The position numbers and the translations under genes are program-made. From positions 1 to 64,000 of IMG/VR virus record IMGVR_UViG_3300042895_001344: 64,000 nt of DNA; one strand, 5' to 3'. This document shows positions 9,722 to 18,510 of this stretch, piece after piece. Under the pieces are notes generated by a model that did no database searches, had not been told where the DNA came from, and saw nothing but the letters and a program-made list of their open reading frames with translations. The stretch's first letter is position 1, and every line of letters starts with the position of its first letter.

Positions 9722-9732
9722 TATAAATAGTT
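9722..9732 (-). promoter_or_regulatory. AACTATTTATA motif (putative phage late promoter class)
   Basis: The same motif precedes the structural genes at 56880, 59283 and 62982. Confidence 0.45.
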
Positions 9733-9951
9733 AATTTTTCTCTTTTAGTTCATATTTTATTCATTTATACCAAATTATCTCATATATATAGTATTAAGTG
9801 GGGTTTACATACTAATTTCACAACCTTTTTTTGGGGGGGTCTCAATCTTAATAGATCCACTTTATCCACCATATTGTTAAGAATTAGGTTAAAATACTTA
9901 TAAGACGATATAAAATAGTTTTGAATATATGTCTATTTTTTATACCGTCAT
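9731..9951 (-). pseudogene. Decayed copy of the DUF2061 gene at 11666-11893
   Basis: Colinear nucleotide similarity. Remnant frames RHIFKTILYRLISILT*FLTIWW, SGSIKI and YYIYEIIWYK*IKY carry stops and frameshifts. Same ATGA overlap with an upstream oxygenase. Confidence 0.8.
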
Positions 9952-10427
9952 AATAATCTTTTATTCTTTGTGATCCAAATGGCCATAATTTCTCTACAAC
10001 CCGATGTTATTTCTTTAACCTCATGTTGTTCGGTTTGACCATTAAAGTTAACTAAATCTCCCTTTTTAAAATTTACCAATTCATTATTAACATATAATTC
10101 ACCTCCTTCAAAACTATCGTTTAACATAATCAAATACGTTTTACTTGACTTTACATCTATATGATTTCTAGCATAATAACCTGTCTCATATTTAATATAA
10201 TGTAATGAATATATAACCTCATCTTCCTCCAATTTTATATATTTTATTATAGTACTAACTAATATTTGATTACTTAAATCACAATAAAATATTTCTTTTA
10301 AATGAACTATTTTCTCAAAAGACTTACCATGATATGATATTACATCATTATTTTGATTACCAAAATTATAATATTTTAATATTATATCAATATCGTCTTG
10401 ACTTATATAATTTTTAAAAATATTCAT
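9948..10427 (-). CDS. 2OG-Fe(II) oxygenase
   Basis: NHID, FEGGEL, HEVKE, RE. Confidence 0.8.
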   Translation of the reverse strand: MNIFKNYISQDDIDIILKYYNFGNQNNDVISYHGKSFEKIVHLKEIFYCDLSNQILVSTIIKYIKLEEDEVIYSLHYIKYETGYYARNHIDVKSSKTYLIMLNDSFEGGELYVNNELVNFKKGDLVNFNGQTEQHEVKEITSGCREIMAIWITKNKRLL

Positions 10428-10430
10428 TTA

Positions 10431-10991
10431 TTAAATTAAATTTAATTTTTGAATTATTTGACTTTTTTCAATTGGCATCACAATAGACCATCTTTCCCCA
10501 TTTGTAATTTCTTTTATTTCGTGCCATATTCTACAATGATATCCCAACGCCGTACCAGGTTCTTTATTTATTATAATCTCGTTACCGGAATCATCCCACG
10601 TAATGTATTCACCACCATCATAGTCATCATTCAATTGTATCCCTAAATTATATCTTCTTTCTTCGTATCCTTTAATTAAATCTATATGCTTTGTAAAATG
10701 GTCGCCAATTGTATATCTATGCAAAGTACATATAAGTGTTTTAAAAGTTTTGTCAATTTTAACTTCACTAACTTCACTAAACCAATTAATTAATTTATCA
10801 TAAAACCAATTGGTTTCATTATTATTTAATATGGTGTACACTTCATATGACATTAAATTTTGATTACTTTTTATTCTCTGTCCATCGATAAGTTTTGACG
10901 GAAACCAACCTTCTAATTCTGTATATTTTTTGTGGTATTGTATTATAGTTTGACATTCCTCTTTTGTAAATATTTTTTCTTGGTAAATCAT
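10431..10991 (-). CDS. 2OG-Fe(II) oxygenase (P4H/PKHD-like)
   Basis: FTKHID, YDGGEY, WHEIKE, RWSIV. Confidence 0.8.
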   Translation of the reverse strand: MIYQEKIFTKEECQTIIQYHKKYTELEGWFPSKLIDGQRIKSNQNLMSYEVYTILNNNETNWFYDKLINWFSEVSEVKIDKTFKTLICTLHRYTIGDHFTKHIDLIKGYEERRYNLGIQLNDDYDGGEYITWDDSGNEIIINKEPGTALGYHCRIWHEIKEITNGERWSIVMPIEKSQIIQKLNLI

Positions 10992-11009
10992 ACATACTAC
11001 TTTAATTTA

Positions 11010-11038
11010 AATATACAATAATTTTTTGTAATTACCAA
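11010..11038 (-). promoter_or_regulatory. Sigma70-like promoter TTGGTA-N17-TATATT
   Basis: Upstream of the ATG at 10991. Confidence 0.5.
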
Positions 11039-11598
11039 TTCTTTCCATTATAATGTGGTTCTATCATTAGTTTAAGCCACTTCTCCTCTTCACTAATCAA
11101 TTTTTCTAATTGAATAGAGTGTTCGTGTGGTAAGGTACTTAATGCCGTTTCTATGGAATTGTATTTAGTTGGTAGTTTAAATTCATATTGGGTCGGTGAC
11201 CATTGTAATTTGGAATCAGTTGGAGTAAGTTGAGACAGATCTCGAAGTTTATAAAATGAAAATCCTAACTTTTTATGTAATGGATAAAGTTTTTTATATA
11301 GATACGGATACCAATGTACGGAACCACCTTCTATCATATTGGTTACAATATCAATTACGTCCAATTGAGGTTTGAATGATAAATCAGTTACTGTACCAGA
11401 TAGAAAATGTTCCATTATAGGTCTATATATAAAAGTAGTACCACTATGTATATGTTTCTCTAAATCAGTTATGTCAAATCCAAAAGTATCTATACGATTT
11501 TTCACATCTAACCCCTCTAACCAACGGGTACCACATTTTAAAGGTGCGATTATATCTAATCCGTTTTTATATATACAACGTTTAAGTCTAATTTTCAT
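11032..11598 (-). CDS. Divergent sulfotransferase-like protein
   Basis: APLKCGTRWL resembles the PKxGTxxL loop; FIYRPIMEHFLS resembles the 3'-PB motif. Confidence 0.4.
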   Translation of the reverse strand: MKIRLKRCIYKNGLDIIAPLKCGTRWLEGLDVKNRIDTFGFDITDLEKHIHSGTTFIYRPIMEHFLSGTVTDLSFKPQLDVIDIVTNMIEGGSVHWYPYLYKKLYPLHKKLGFSFYKLRDLSQLTPTDSKLQWSPTQYEFKLPTKYNSIETALSTLPHEHSIQLEKLISEEEKWLKLMIEPHYNGKNW

Positions 11599-11665
11599 TA
11601 TAGGTTAGTTACAGTATAATACTTTTATTTGTAATTCCCCCCACCATTTCTTTATACCATTATAA

Positions 11666-11893
11666 CTATGTTTTGGATTTTTTGAAATCTTTTAATCCAA
11701 ATTTTATCCATTTATACCAAATTCTTTCGTGAATATAGTATTGGATGGGTTTATATATTAATTCTACTACCCCAAAAGCCGTTCCAATCTTAATTGATCC
11801 ACTTACCCACCATATTATTAAGAACCCAATAAGGGTACTTATAATACGATATGATATGGTTTTAGCGATGTGTCTCTTCCTTTCTACTATCAT
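11666..11893 (-). CDS. DUF2061 small membrane protein
   Basis: RHIAKTISYRIIST...YYIHERIW; this family is often linked to sulfate-activation genes. Confidence 0.75.
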   Translation of the reverse strand: MIVERKRHIAKTISYRIISTLIGFLIIWWVSGSIKIGTAFGVVELIYKPIQYYIHERIWYKWIKFGLKDFKKSKT

Positions 11894-12441
11894 AATAATG
11901 TTTTAGATTTTTTGGAATTGTTTTTATCAATAACTTTCCAATCAATTAATAAATGAATTCTATCAGTTTCTCCATTATTGATAACCGAATGTGGTTTATC
12001 ACTATTATTTATTTCCCAAATCTCACCTTGTTTCATATTAATCTCTTCACCATCAACTTCAAATATGCACATATCGTTGGTTACAATTGGAATGTGTATT
12101 CTGTTTCTAGAATCAAAATATATATGTGCATCGGTATGTGGTTTTATTTTTTTAGATTTTGGTAAATTTATTAGAATTGCAGTTTCAATATGACCTTCTC
12201 CTATTTTTGTTGTTAAAATATCACCGATACTATCCAAATCATTTTTAAAAATATTATAATCTTTCCAATATTTTAATTGTGTTTTTTCGTTATCCCATAA
12301 AATCGGAATTGTAAATGTTTCCGCGTGGACATGATACGATTCTTGTCTAAATGTAAATTCATTCCAATCTAAATCTTTTAGATGATTTGATATATTGCTA
12401 ACATCATATCTTTCGTAATATTTAAAATTAAAATCTATCAT
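11890..12441 (-). CDS. Aspartyl/asparaginyl beta-hydroxylase-like 2OG oxygenase
   Basis: IKPHTD, RIHIPI, HSVIN.G..RIHL. Confidence 0.8.
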   Translation of the reverse strand: MIDFNFKYYERYDVSNISNHLKDLDWNEFTFRQESYHVHAETFTIPILWDNEKTQLKYWKDYNIFKNDLDSIGDILTTKIGEGHIETAILINLPKSKKIKPHTDAHIYFDSRNRIHIPIVTNDMCIFEVDGEEINMKQGEIWEINNSDKPHSVINNGETDRIHLLIDWKVIDKNNSKKSKTLL

Positions 12442-12824
12442 TTATCATTCATATTAGGATATTCGATAATATCTCCGTTAGAGTCAATATACCCGTTTCT
12501 GATACTTGTACCACTAATTTTAGCAACATCTTCAGGTGGTTCGTGGTAAATAACATCATACCCAACCCCTCTACCATAATTGATACTTTCAATATCGGGA
12601 ATAATAGATATATTAATTTTATGTGAATTTTCCTTAAAAAACGGTTCGTCCGCCAAATCCATCATAACCTGTTGAGCGGTTTTTGGGTTATTCTCATCTG
12701 TCTCCACATTTCTAATGGCTACCCACACATTCTTTCCTTTCTCTAATTGTTGATTAAGTAACCACTCGTGACCCTTGTGCCAATTCTGCCATCTGCCCAC
12801 ATACATCGCATATTTTTTATTCAT
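12438..12824 (-). CDS. Small HxGH nucleotidyltransferase (cytidylyltransferase-like fold); possible minimal ATP sulfurylase
   Basis: GRWQNWHKGH, YGRGVG, ISGTSIR; translationally coupled to cysC. Confidence 0.7.
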   Translation of the reverse strand: MNKKYAMYVGRWQNWHKGHEWLLNQQLEKGKNVWVAIRNVETDENNPKTAQQVMMDLADEPFFKENSHKINISIIPDIESINYGRGVGYDVIYHEPPEDVAKISGTSIRNGYIDSNGDIIEYPNMNDK

Positions 12825-13258
12825 AGTGTTAATTTTTTTAATATTTCATAATAAGAATCTACTTCGGTTTTACCTGTTGTATCCAAATCTATAAAGTTTT
12901 CGGTCGGTGGTTCGTAGTTCTCCACATGAAACTGATTTCTACCTCTATCCTCTGTCGTGTGTACATAAACCTCAATAACGTCTTCTCTATTCTTAAAGTC
13001 CTCCCTTTGGTCTTTATATGGTGAAACTAAGGATACCAAGACCGTAAACCCCTTTTTATTCAAAAATTGAGCAATGTCTTGTGCTCTTTCAATATTTTTT
13101 CTCCTTCCCACCTCAGAATAGTCCTTATTTTGGAAGATATCCCTCAAATCGTCACCATCTATAATAATAGTGTTCTCCTTACCAAAATGGGTTAGGAGGT
13201 TGTTTACTAACGTAGTCTTACCTGATGCGGGTTGTCCGGTGAACCAATATATTGACAT
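12821..13258 (-). CDS. cysC: Adenylyl-sulfate (APS) kinase
   Basis: WFTGQPASGKTT P-loop, DGDDLR, VSLVSPY, YEPP. Confidence 0.85.
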   Translation of the reverse strand: MSIYWFTGQPASGKTTLVNNLLTHFGKENTIIIDGDDLRDIFQNKDYSEVGRRKNIERAQDIAQFLNKKGFTVLVSLVSPYKDQREDFKNREDVIEVYVHTTEDRGRNQFHVENYEPPTENFIDLDTTGKTEVDSYYEILKKLTL

Positions 13259-13266
13259 AATACTAT

Positions 13267-13295
13267 AATATAAAGAAAGTTTTTTAAAAAACCAA
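13267..13295 (-). promoter_or_regulatory. Sigma70-like promoter TTGGTT-N17-TATATT
   Basis: Lies 8 nt upstream of the cysC ATG. Confidence 0.55.
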
Positions 13296-13296
13296 A

Positions 13297-13413
13297 TTAA
13301 TGGTTATAGATAAATGGATCTCTTTTACGTAATTCTTCTAATTTCTTTTTAAATTCCTTCTTTCTCTTTTTGTCGGCAAAGTATTTCTTTACCCAATTGA
13401 TTAGTTTTTTCAT
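13297..13413 (-). CDS. 38-aa basic peptide MKKLINWVKKYFADKKRKKEFKKKLEELRKRDPFIYNH (not in the ORF track)
   Basis: Clean ORF starting 3 nt after the carbamoyltransferase stop. From recall (not searched), a KKLEELRKRDPFIY-type ending occurs in small phage ORFs. Confidence 0.65.
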   Translation of the reverse strand: MKKLINWVKKYFADKKRKKEFKKKLEELRKRDPFIYNH

Positions 13414-13416
13414 ATT

Positions 13417-15084
13417 TTAATTTTTATACATAACATAATTACCCATTACTAATATATCCATATCAGTATCAAAGAAAGTATCGACAGCATCTTTTGGCGT
13501 TAATACCATTGTTTTATCTTTAACATTGAATGAGGTATTCAGTAAAATTGGATAACCACTTAATTTTTCAAATTCCCTTAATAAATCATGAATTACGGTG
13601 TATTTGTAAACTGTTTGAACTCTTGCACTACCATCTACGTGTGTAACCGCCAGTAGTTTATCACGATATTCTTCCTTTACTTTAACAACTTGATTCATAT
13701 ATGGAACATCGTCTGTCATCTCAAAGAATTGATCTTGTTTCTCTTTGGTTACCATTGGGGCAAATGGTCTAAAACCTTCTCTTTTCTTAATCACCTTATT
13801 AATTCTATCTTTCATATTAGGTAATGTTGGATTTGCTAATATTGATCTATTACCTAACGCCCTTGATCCAAATTCTATATGACCATTAAACCATCCAACA
13901 ACTTTACCTTCAAATAATTTTTGTGCAATATGTGTTCTTAATTTATTTTCAGATTCAAACTTTTTAAAGTTCTTGGTACCAATTGCATGTCTAATATCAT
14001 CTAAATAATATTCGGGACCTAAAAATGGATTTCTTGTAATTTTACTTCTTACTTTACGTTCTTTAACCAAATAATGAACCACAGCACCTATTGCCGACCC
14101 TGCGTCAGATGGTGCAGGTGGAATCCAAAGGTGTGTAAAATGTGATTTGTCTATAATCTTGCCATTCGCCGTTCCATTATATGCACATCCACCACTTAAT
14201 GTTAAGTTTGAACTTTTACTTACGTGTCTAATTGATTTGATAATTTCAAATAATACCTCTTCGTATCTTAATTGAACCGCTGCCGCCAAATCTTTGTGTG
14301 TTTGTTCCAATGTTTCTTCCGGTAATCTTTGTGGGACGCTTAATAGTTCCGCAAGTTTTTCGTTGAACATGGATTTATCGGTCTTATTCCAACAAAATAC
14401 ATCCATATTACACACCAACTTACCACTTTTAAATGAAATCAAATCACGTACCTCTTTAATATACTTTTGAGGGTCACCATAGGACGCCAATCCCATTACC
14501 TTATACTCACCTTCGTTCGGTCTAAACCCTAAATAAGAGGTTAATGCGGAGTAATAAAGACCCATTGAATGTGGATACTTTGCAACTGAACTGTACTTAA
14601 TTCCATTGTAATCGGCAACCCCTAACGACACCGTATCAATTTCACCTACACCGTCAACGGATAAACAAGTAGATTCCTCAAAATGAGACGTATAATGTGC
14701 ATAATACTGATGAGCCTCGTGATGTGTTGAATAAAATACCGTGGGACAAATCTCTTTTAATTTCTTATCAATTTCTTTTATGTTATTACGTATTTTCAAA
14801 TACGACTTTAACGAATATATGGGATTCTTAAACCATTGAGGTTTGATGTTTTTCATTACTCTTTGATACTTTAATTGGGGATCTTCGTAATAACAAACCG
14901 CCTGTAAGTTCTTAGGTGTAATCTTATATTGTTTATAGATATATTCCAACGCTTTGGTTGGAAACGAATCATCATGTTTAATACCTGTGAATTTTTCTTC
15001 CTCGCAAGCAAATATTAATTGGTTATCTCTGAATAAACAAACAGAGGAGTCATGATAAAATGCTGAAATTCCTATAATATACAT
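13417..15084 (-). CDS. O-carbamoyltransferase, NodU/CmcH family
   Basis: HDSS, HHEAH, GEYKVMGLASYG, GGCAYN, EFGSRALGNRSILA, FRPFAP, HVDGSARVQTV, LNTSFN. Confidence 0.92.
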   Translation of the reverse strand: MYIIGISAFYHDSSVCLFRDNQLIFACEEEKFTGIKHDDSFPTKALEYIYKQYKITPKNLQAVCYYEDPQLKYQRVMKNIKPQWFKNPIYSLKSYLKIRNNIKEIDKKLKEICPTVFYSTHHEAHQYYAHYTSHFEESTCLSVDGVGEIDTVSLGVADYNGIKYSSVAKYPHSMGLYYSALTSYLGFRPNEGEYKVMGLASYGDPQKYIKEVRDLISFKSGKLVCNMDVFCWNKTDKSMFNEKLAELLSVPQRLPEETLEQTHKDLAAAVQLRYEEVLFEIIKSIRHVSKSSNLTLSGGCAYNGTANGKIIDKSHFTHLWIPPAPSDAGSAIGAVVHYLVKERKVRSKITRNPFLGPEYYLDDIRHAIGTKNFKKFESENKLRTHIAQKLFEGKVVGWFNGHIEFGSRALGNRSILANPTLPNMKDRINKVIKKREGFRPFAPMVTKEKQDQFFEMTDDVPYMNQVVKVKEEYRDKLLAVTHVDGSARVQTVYKYTVIHDLLREFEKLSGYPILLNTSFNVKDKTMVLTPKDAVDTFFDTDMDILVMGNYVMYKN

Positions 15085-15087
15085 TCT

Positions 15088-15834
15088 CTACTTTTTAAAT
15101 AAAACCTTTTTTAATAATTCTGGTTCAATATATTTTATTGGGTAATGGACACCTAATGGGTTTGGTGAATAAACGTCTTCCATACTAAACCGTTTAGCGG
15201 TTTCAATATCTGCAACACCTCGACCTTTAAGATACTTCACAAAATAAATATCTTCCCAAATAACTTCTTTAATTTTATTCGTTACAGATATTTCTAACAT
15301 TACATTTCGAGTTCTTAATGATAATCCACCGTTACCCACATACGACCCTTCTTTGGGTTTTCTCCAAGGTGCTCCGATGTAATCATAATCTAAAAACTCG
15401 TCAATTCCACTCCTTAATAATATAGAATCCAGTTGAAAAGTAAAGACCTTGTCACCTTTTACTGTTTTCCAAAATTCAACATCTCTAAACAAGACATTAT
15501 ATTCTATTTTTGTTAGACTCGGCATTTCTAAATTAATAACAATTACCTCTCCCCAATCTTTTACCATATCTTTAATGTGCTCGTGATTATCACACCCACA
15601 AAAAATCTGTAATCCCCATTTAATATTGGAATCTGTCTCATTAAGATAATACATACAAGTTTTCATAGTGATATATAAATCTTCATGATGTCTCGGTTCA
15701 AGTGTCATTGCGTAATGAGTTGTCCCGCTTTTTATATTTGGGGTATACCACTCCAATTCCTTTTCCATATTTCTAAGATGCTCATTCCATATGGGAATGT
15801 TTATCTCGTTATATTTTTTTTCTAAGTTTTCCAT
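15088..15834 (-). CDS. DUF5672-family glycosyltransferase-like protein
   Basis: FQLDSILL, DYDYIGAPW, VGNGGLSLR, EDIYF, FSME. ATG at 15834 preferred over the TTG at 15849. Confidence 0.7.
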   Translation of the reverse strand: MENLEKKYNEINIPIWNEHLRNMEKELEWYTPNIKSGTTHYAMTLEPRHHEDLYITMKTCMYYLNETDSNIKWGLQIFCGCDNHEHIKDMVKDWGEVIVINLEMPSLTKIEYNVLFRDVEFWKTVKGDKVFTFQLDSILLRSGIDEFLDYDYIGAPWRKPKEGSYVGNGGLSLRTRNVMLEISVTNKIKEVIWEDIYFVKYLKGRGVADIETAKRFSMEDVYSPNPLGVHYPIKYIEPELLKKVLFKK

Positions 15835-16432
15835 ATATGTAATTAGCAATCACTTTATACCCATCTAAATTTGGGTGGTAGTCTCCTTCATAAAAATTCT
15901 TCTCATCGTTCCATACACTTCTACTCCCGTACTCCCAAACACCGACATCGTTCTTTATTTCATATTCTCGTAATATATCTGAAACGCATCCATCTGGATT
16001 TATAAAATACTCTGGTAATTTTTTTGTATCAACATCCTCTTCTCTAAACGACGGATAAAAAGAATTAAAGTAAAAATGTTTATATCCCTCCAATAATTCT
16101 TCCATTAATAGATATATTTCAACCACATTGTGAATGTCTTTTGATTTATAACGATATGGATAAGATAACATTATTATAACAACATCATCTTTATCGATAA
16201 ATCCGTTTTCAATCGTTTCTCTCAAATCTCTTAAAATATATTCATTACCATAACCACAAACACCTAAATTAATATATTCACATTTTAATTTATCTGAAAC
16301 CCATCTTGGCCATGAGTTCATGTCTCTTAATTTTTGTATGAACATGTGGGGAAATGGTTCTTCTTTATATTTTACGTCAGTTTCAACCCCGTGTCCGGCA
16401 GTCCAACTGTCACCAAATGTTATTAATCTCAT
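15809..16432 (-). CDS. SGNH-like protein
   Basis: FGDSWTAGHG, GYGN, DYHPN. Confidence 0.65.
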   Translation of the reverse strand: MRLITFGDSWTAGHGVETDVKYKEEPFPHMFIQKLRDMNSWPRWVSDKLKCEYINLGVCGYGNEYILRDLRETIENGFIDKDDVVIIMLSYPYRYKSKDIHNVVEIYLLMEELLEGYKHFYFNSFYPSFREEDVDTKKLPEYFINPDGCVSDILREYEIKNDVGVWEYGSRSVWNDEKNFYEGDYHPNLDGYKVIANYIYGKLRKKI

Positions 16433-17160
16433 TGTATATATTTTAAAAATAAATTTGCCAAGACCTCATGTCCTGAAGATGCCATATGATCGTCAATAAT
16501 AACCTCATTAGTTTCGTCTATTATTCGTAAACCACCATTTTCTTTTACGATTTCTTGATATGGTTTATCATATTTTAAAGTATTGGATAATAACCATCTA
16601 TTATTAATATCGTTAATTTCATCTATTTTATACTCAATAATTTTTTTATCTATCGTCCAATAATAAACACGTAATCCTATACTATCGGCAAGTTTATTGA
16701 TTAAAATTTGATACTTAAATAATTCTTCAATCCATAAAACATATGTTCTATTAACAAAAATAGATTCAATAACATTTTTATCATATTCAATTGGTATTTG
16801 ATTAGGTGTTATTGTTGTTATCCTATTAGTTTTATGATCCGCCCATTTAAATCTTTCCATGTGTGTCCATTCAATGATGACAATATCTCCCCTTTGGAAA
16901 TCTTTACTTGCCATACATATATTATTAAAAATTGAAAAGTTACAGTTTCCTTCCATTCCAGTTTTACCGGTTATACCATCTATTCCACCGTGATTTCTCA
17001 ATTTCATGTTTAATTGTTCAGACATAATCTGTGGCCAACTTTTTGGTATAATACCGTTATGATAATTCATGATATAATCGTAACGTGTTGTACCTGGATA
17101 TTTTATAAATGGATCAAAATTTTCAGTAAAACTACATCCAAACGTATATAATGTATTCAT
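16429..17160 (-). CDS. SGNH-like protein
   Basis: FGCSFTE, GNCN, DDHM. Confidence 0.6.
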   Translation of the reverse strand: MNTLYTFGCSFTENFDPFIKYPGTTRYDYIMNYHNGIIPKSWPQIMSEQLNMKLRNHGGIDGITGKTGMEGNCNFSIFNNICMASKDFQRGDIVIIEWTHMERFKWADHKTNRITTITPNQIPIEYDKNVIESIFVNRTYVLWIEELFKYQILINKLADSIGLRVYYWTIDKKIIEYKIDEINDINNRWLLSNTLKYDKPYQEIVKENGGLRIIDETNEVIIDDHMASSGHEVLANLFLKYIQ

Positions 17161-17912
17161 TATTTATTTAATATTTTTGAGTGTCTTTTTATGTGTTTAT
17201 AAAAATATTCCATTTGATTAATATGTCCATATTCTCCCATATGATCATCAATAACTTCGCCGTTTGTTTCTTCCACAATTCTCGCTTTTAAAAGTCCATC
17301 AAAAAATTTTGGTAAGTTTAAATAACCCATTAAACTTGTTTTAATGCTTTCAGGATCATCAATAACGATAAATCTTTCATCAATAAATTTACTATGTTGA
17401 TTAAATAAAGTGTCATCACTACACCAATGGTACACTTCAGCACCTTTTTCCTTAACGACCATGTTAATTAATTTAATCCAATCTAAAACTTCATTAATCC
17501 ATAATGGATGAGATCTGTTAACAATAATTTCTTCCAATGTAGTTTTAGAATAACCCGTGTCACTATAATTTGTGGCATTTGGTAATAGTTCAATGACTAT
17601 ATTCTCATTTAAATTAATTACAGGAAATCTAAGCATACTAGTCCAACCAAATATTAATATATCACCTTTTTTTATTAAGTCACACACATTAATATATTGT
17701 CTAAAAATACTATAATTTGATGATCCTCCGACACCACAATTCATGGTTTGATATTCAATTTTTTTACCCAATAATTCAGACCAAACTAACGGAAGTTTTC
17801 CACCCTTAAATTTCTTATACCGATCGTATTGATTTTCAAATGGATGATAAACACCTTCAATTGGATTATATTCAGCGGTAAAACTACATCCAAACGTCCA
17901 AAGTCTATTCAT
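17160..17912 (-). CDS. SGNH-like protein
   Basis: FGCSFTA, GSSN, DDHMG. Confidence 0.6.
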   Translation of the reverse strand: MNRLWTFGCSFTAEYNPIEGVYHPFENQYDRYKKFKGGKLPLVWSELLGKKIEYQTMNCGVGGSSNYSIFRQYINVCDLIKKGDILIFGWTSMLRFPVINLNENIVIELLPNATNYSDTGYSKTTLEEIIVNRSHPLWINEVLDWIKLINMVVKEKGAEVYHWCSDDTLFNQHSKFIDERFIVIDDPESIKTSLMGYLNLPKFFDGLLKARIVEETNGEVIDDHMGEYGHINQMEYFYKHIKRHSKILNK

Positions 17913-18510
17913 TATTAATATAATTTAAAAATACGTCAACCGCTTTATTGTGTCCATTTATACCTAAATGTGTGTCGGGAATTTTTCCCTCTGTTTCATC
18001 ATACATCGATAAACAATTATTTTGTTTTAATGTTTGATTGTTTAATTTATGATTTAATCTAAACTCTTCTCCTGACCAAAAATATACATTAAAATTTTTA
18101 GATTTGGAAAATGTTTTAATTAAATTTTCCCAACTATATATTTCCTCAACCCATTTATCTTGATTTCTATCAGATATAATTTCATTATCAACACCATTTA
18201 AGTTAGGGTATACATTTTGAAACTCATTGTTTTTAACTTTTCTAAATTTAGAAACCAATCCCCAACCAATTATAACAATATCTTTTTCGTTAATTAAATG
18301 CGACACATCACAAAAATCTTGAAATATTTGATAATTGGAACTACCTGCAATTGCTAAATTTTTAATGTTTGAATTTAATTTTTCCGCCAATAGGTTTGGC
18401 CACGATACAATTTCTAATTGTTCCACCATATTAAGATATTGTCTATGATTATCACTTAAATCTTTTATATTGGCAGTAAAGCTATCTCCAAATGTCCAAA
18501 GTGTTCTCAT
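17905..18510 (-). CDS. SGNH-like protein
   Basis: FGDSFTA, GSSN, DTHLG. Confidence 0.6.
   Translation of the reverse strand: MRTLWTFGDSFTANIKDLSDNHRQYLNMVEQLEIVSWPNLLAEKLNSNIKNLAIAGSSNYQIFQDFCDVSHLINEKDIVIIGWGLVSKFRKVKNNEFQNVYPNLNGVDNEIISDRNQDKWVEEIYSWENLIKTFSKSKNFNVYFWSGEEFRLNHKLNNQTLKQNNCLSMYDETEGKIPDTHLGINGHNKAVDVFLNYINNE

Noticed and set aside
9826-9839. T7/G7 homopolymer as a terminator or phase-variation switch
   Set aside because: It falls inside the decayed DUF2061 copy, has no good stem, and does not control an intact ORF.
15082-15090. TAG-AGA-ATG puts the DUF5672 gene in frame with the carbamoyltransferase, hinting at TAG recoding or readthrough
   Set aside because: All long genes are intact under the standard code and show no pattern of TAG interruption; a single in-frame junction is expected by chance.
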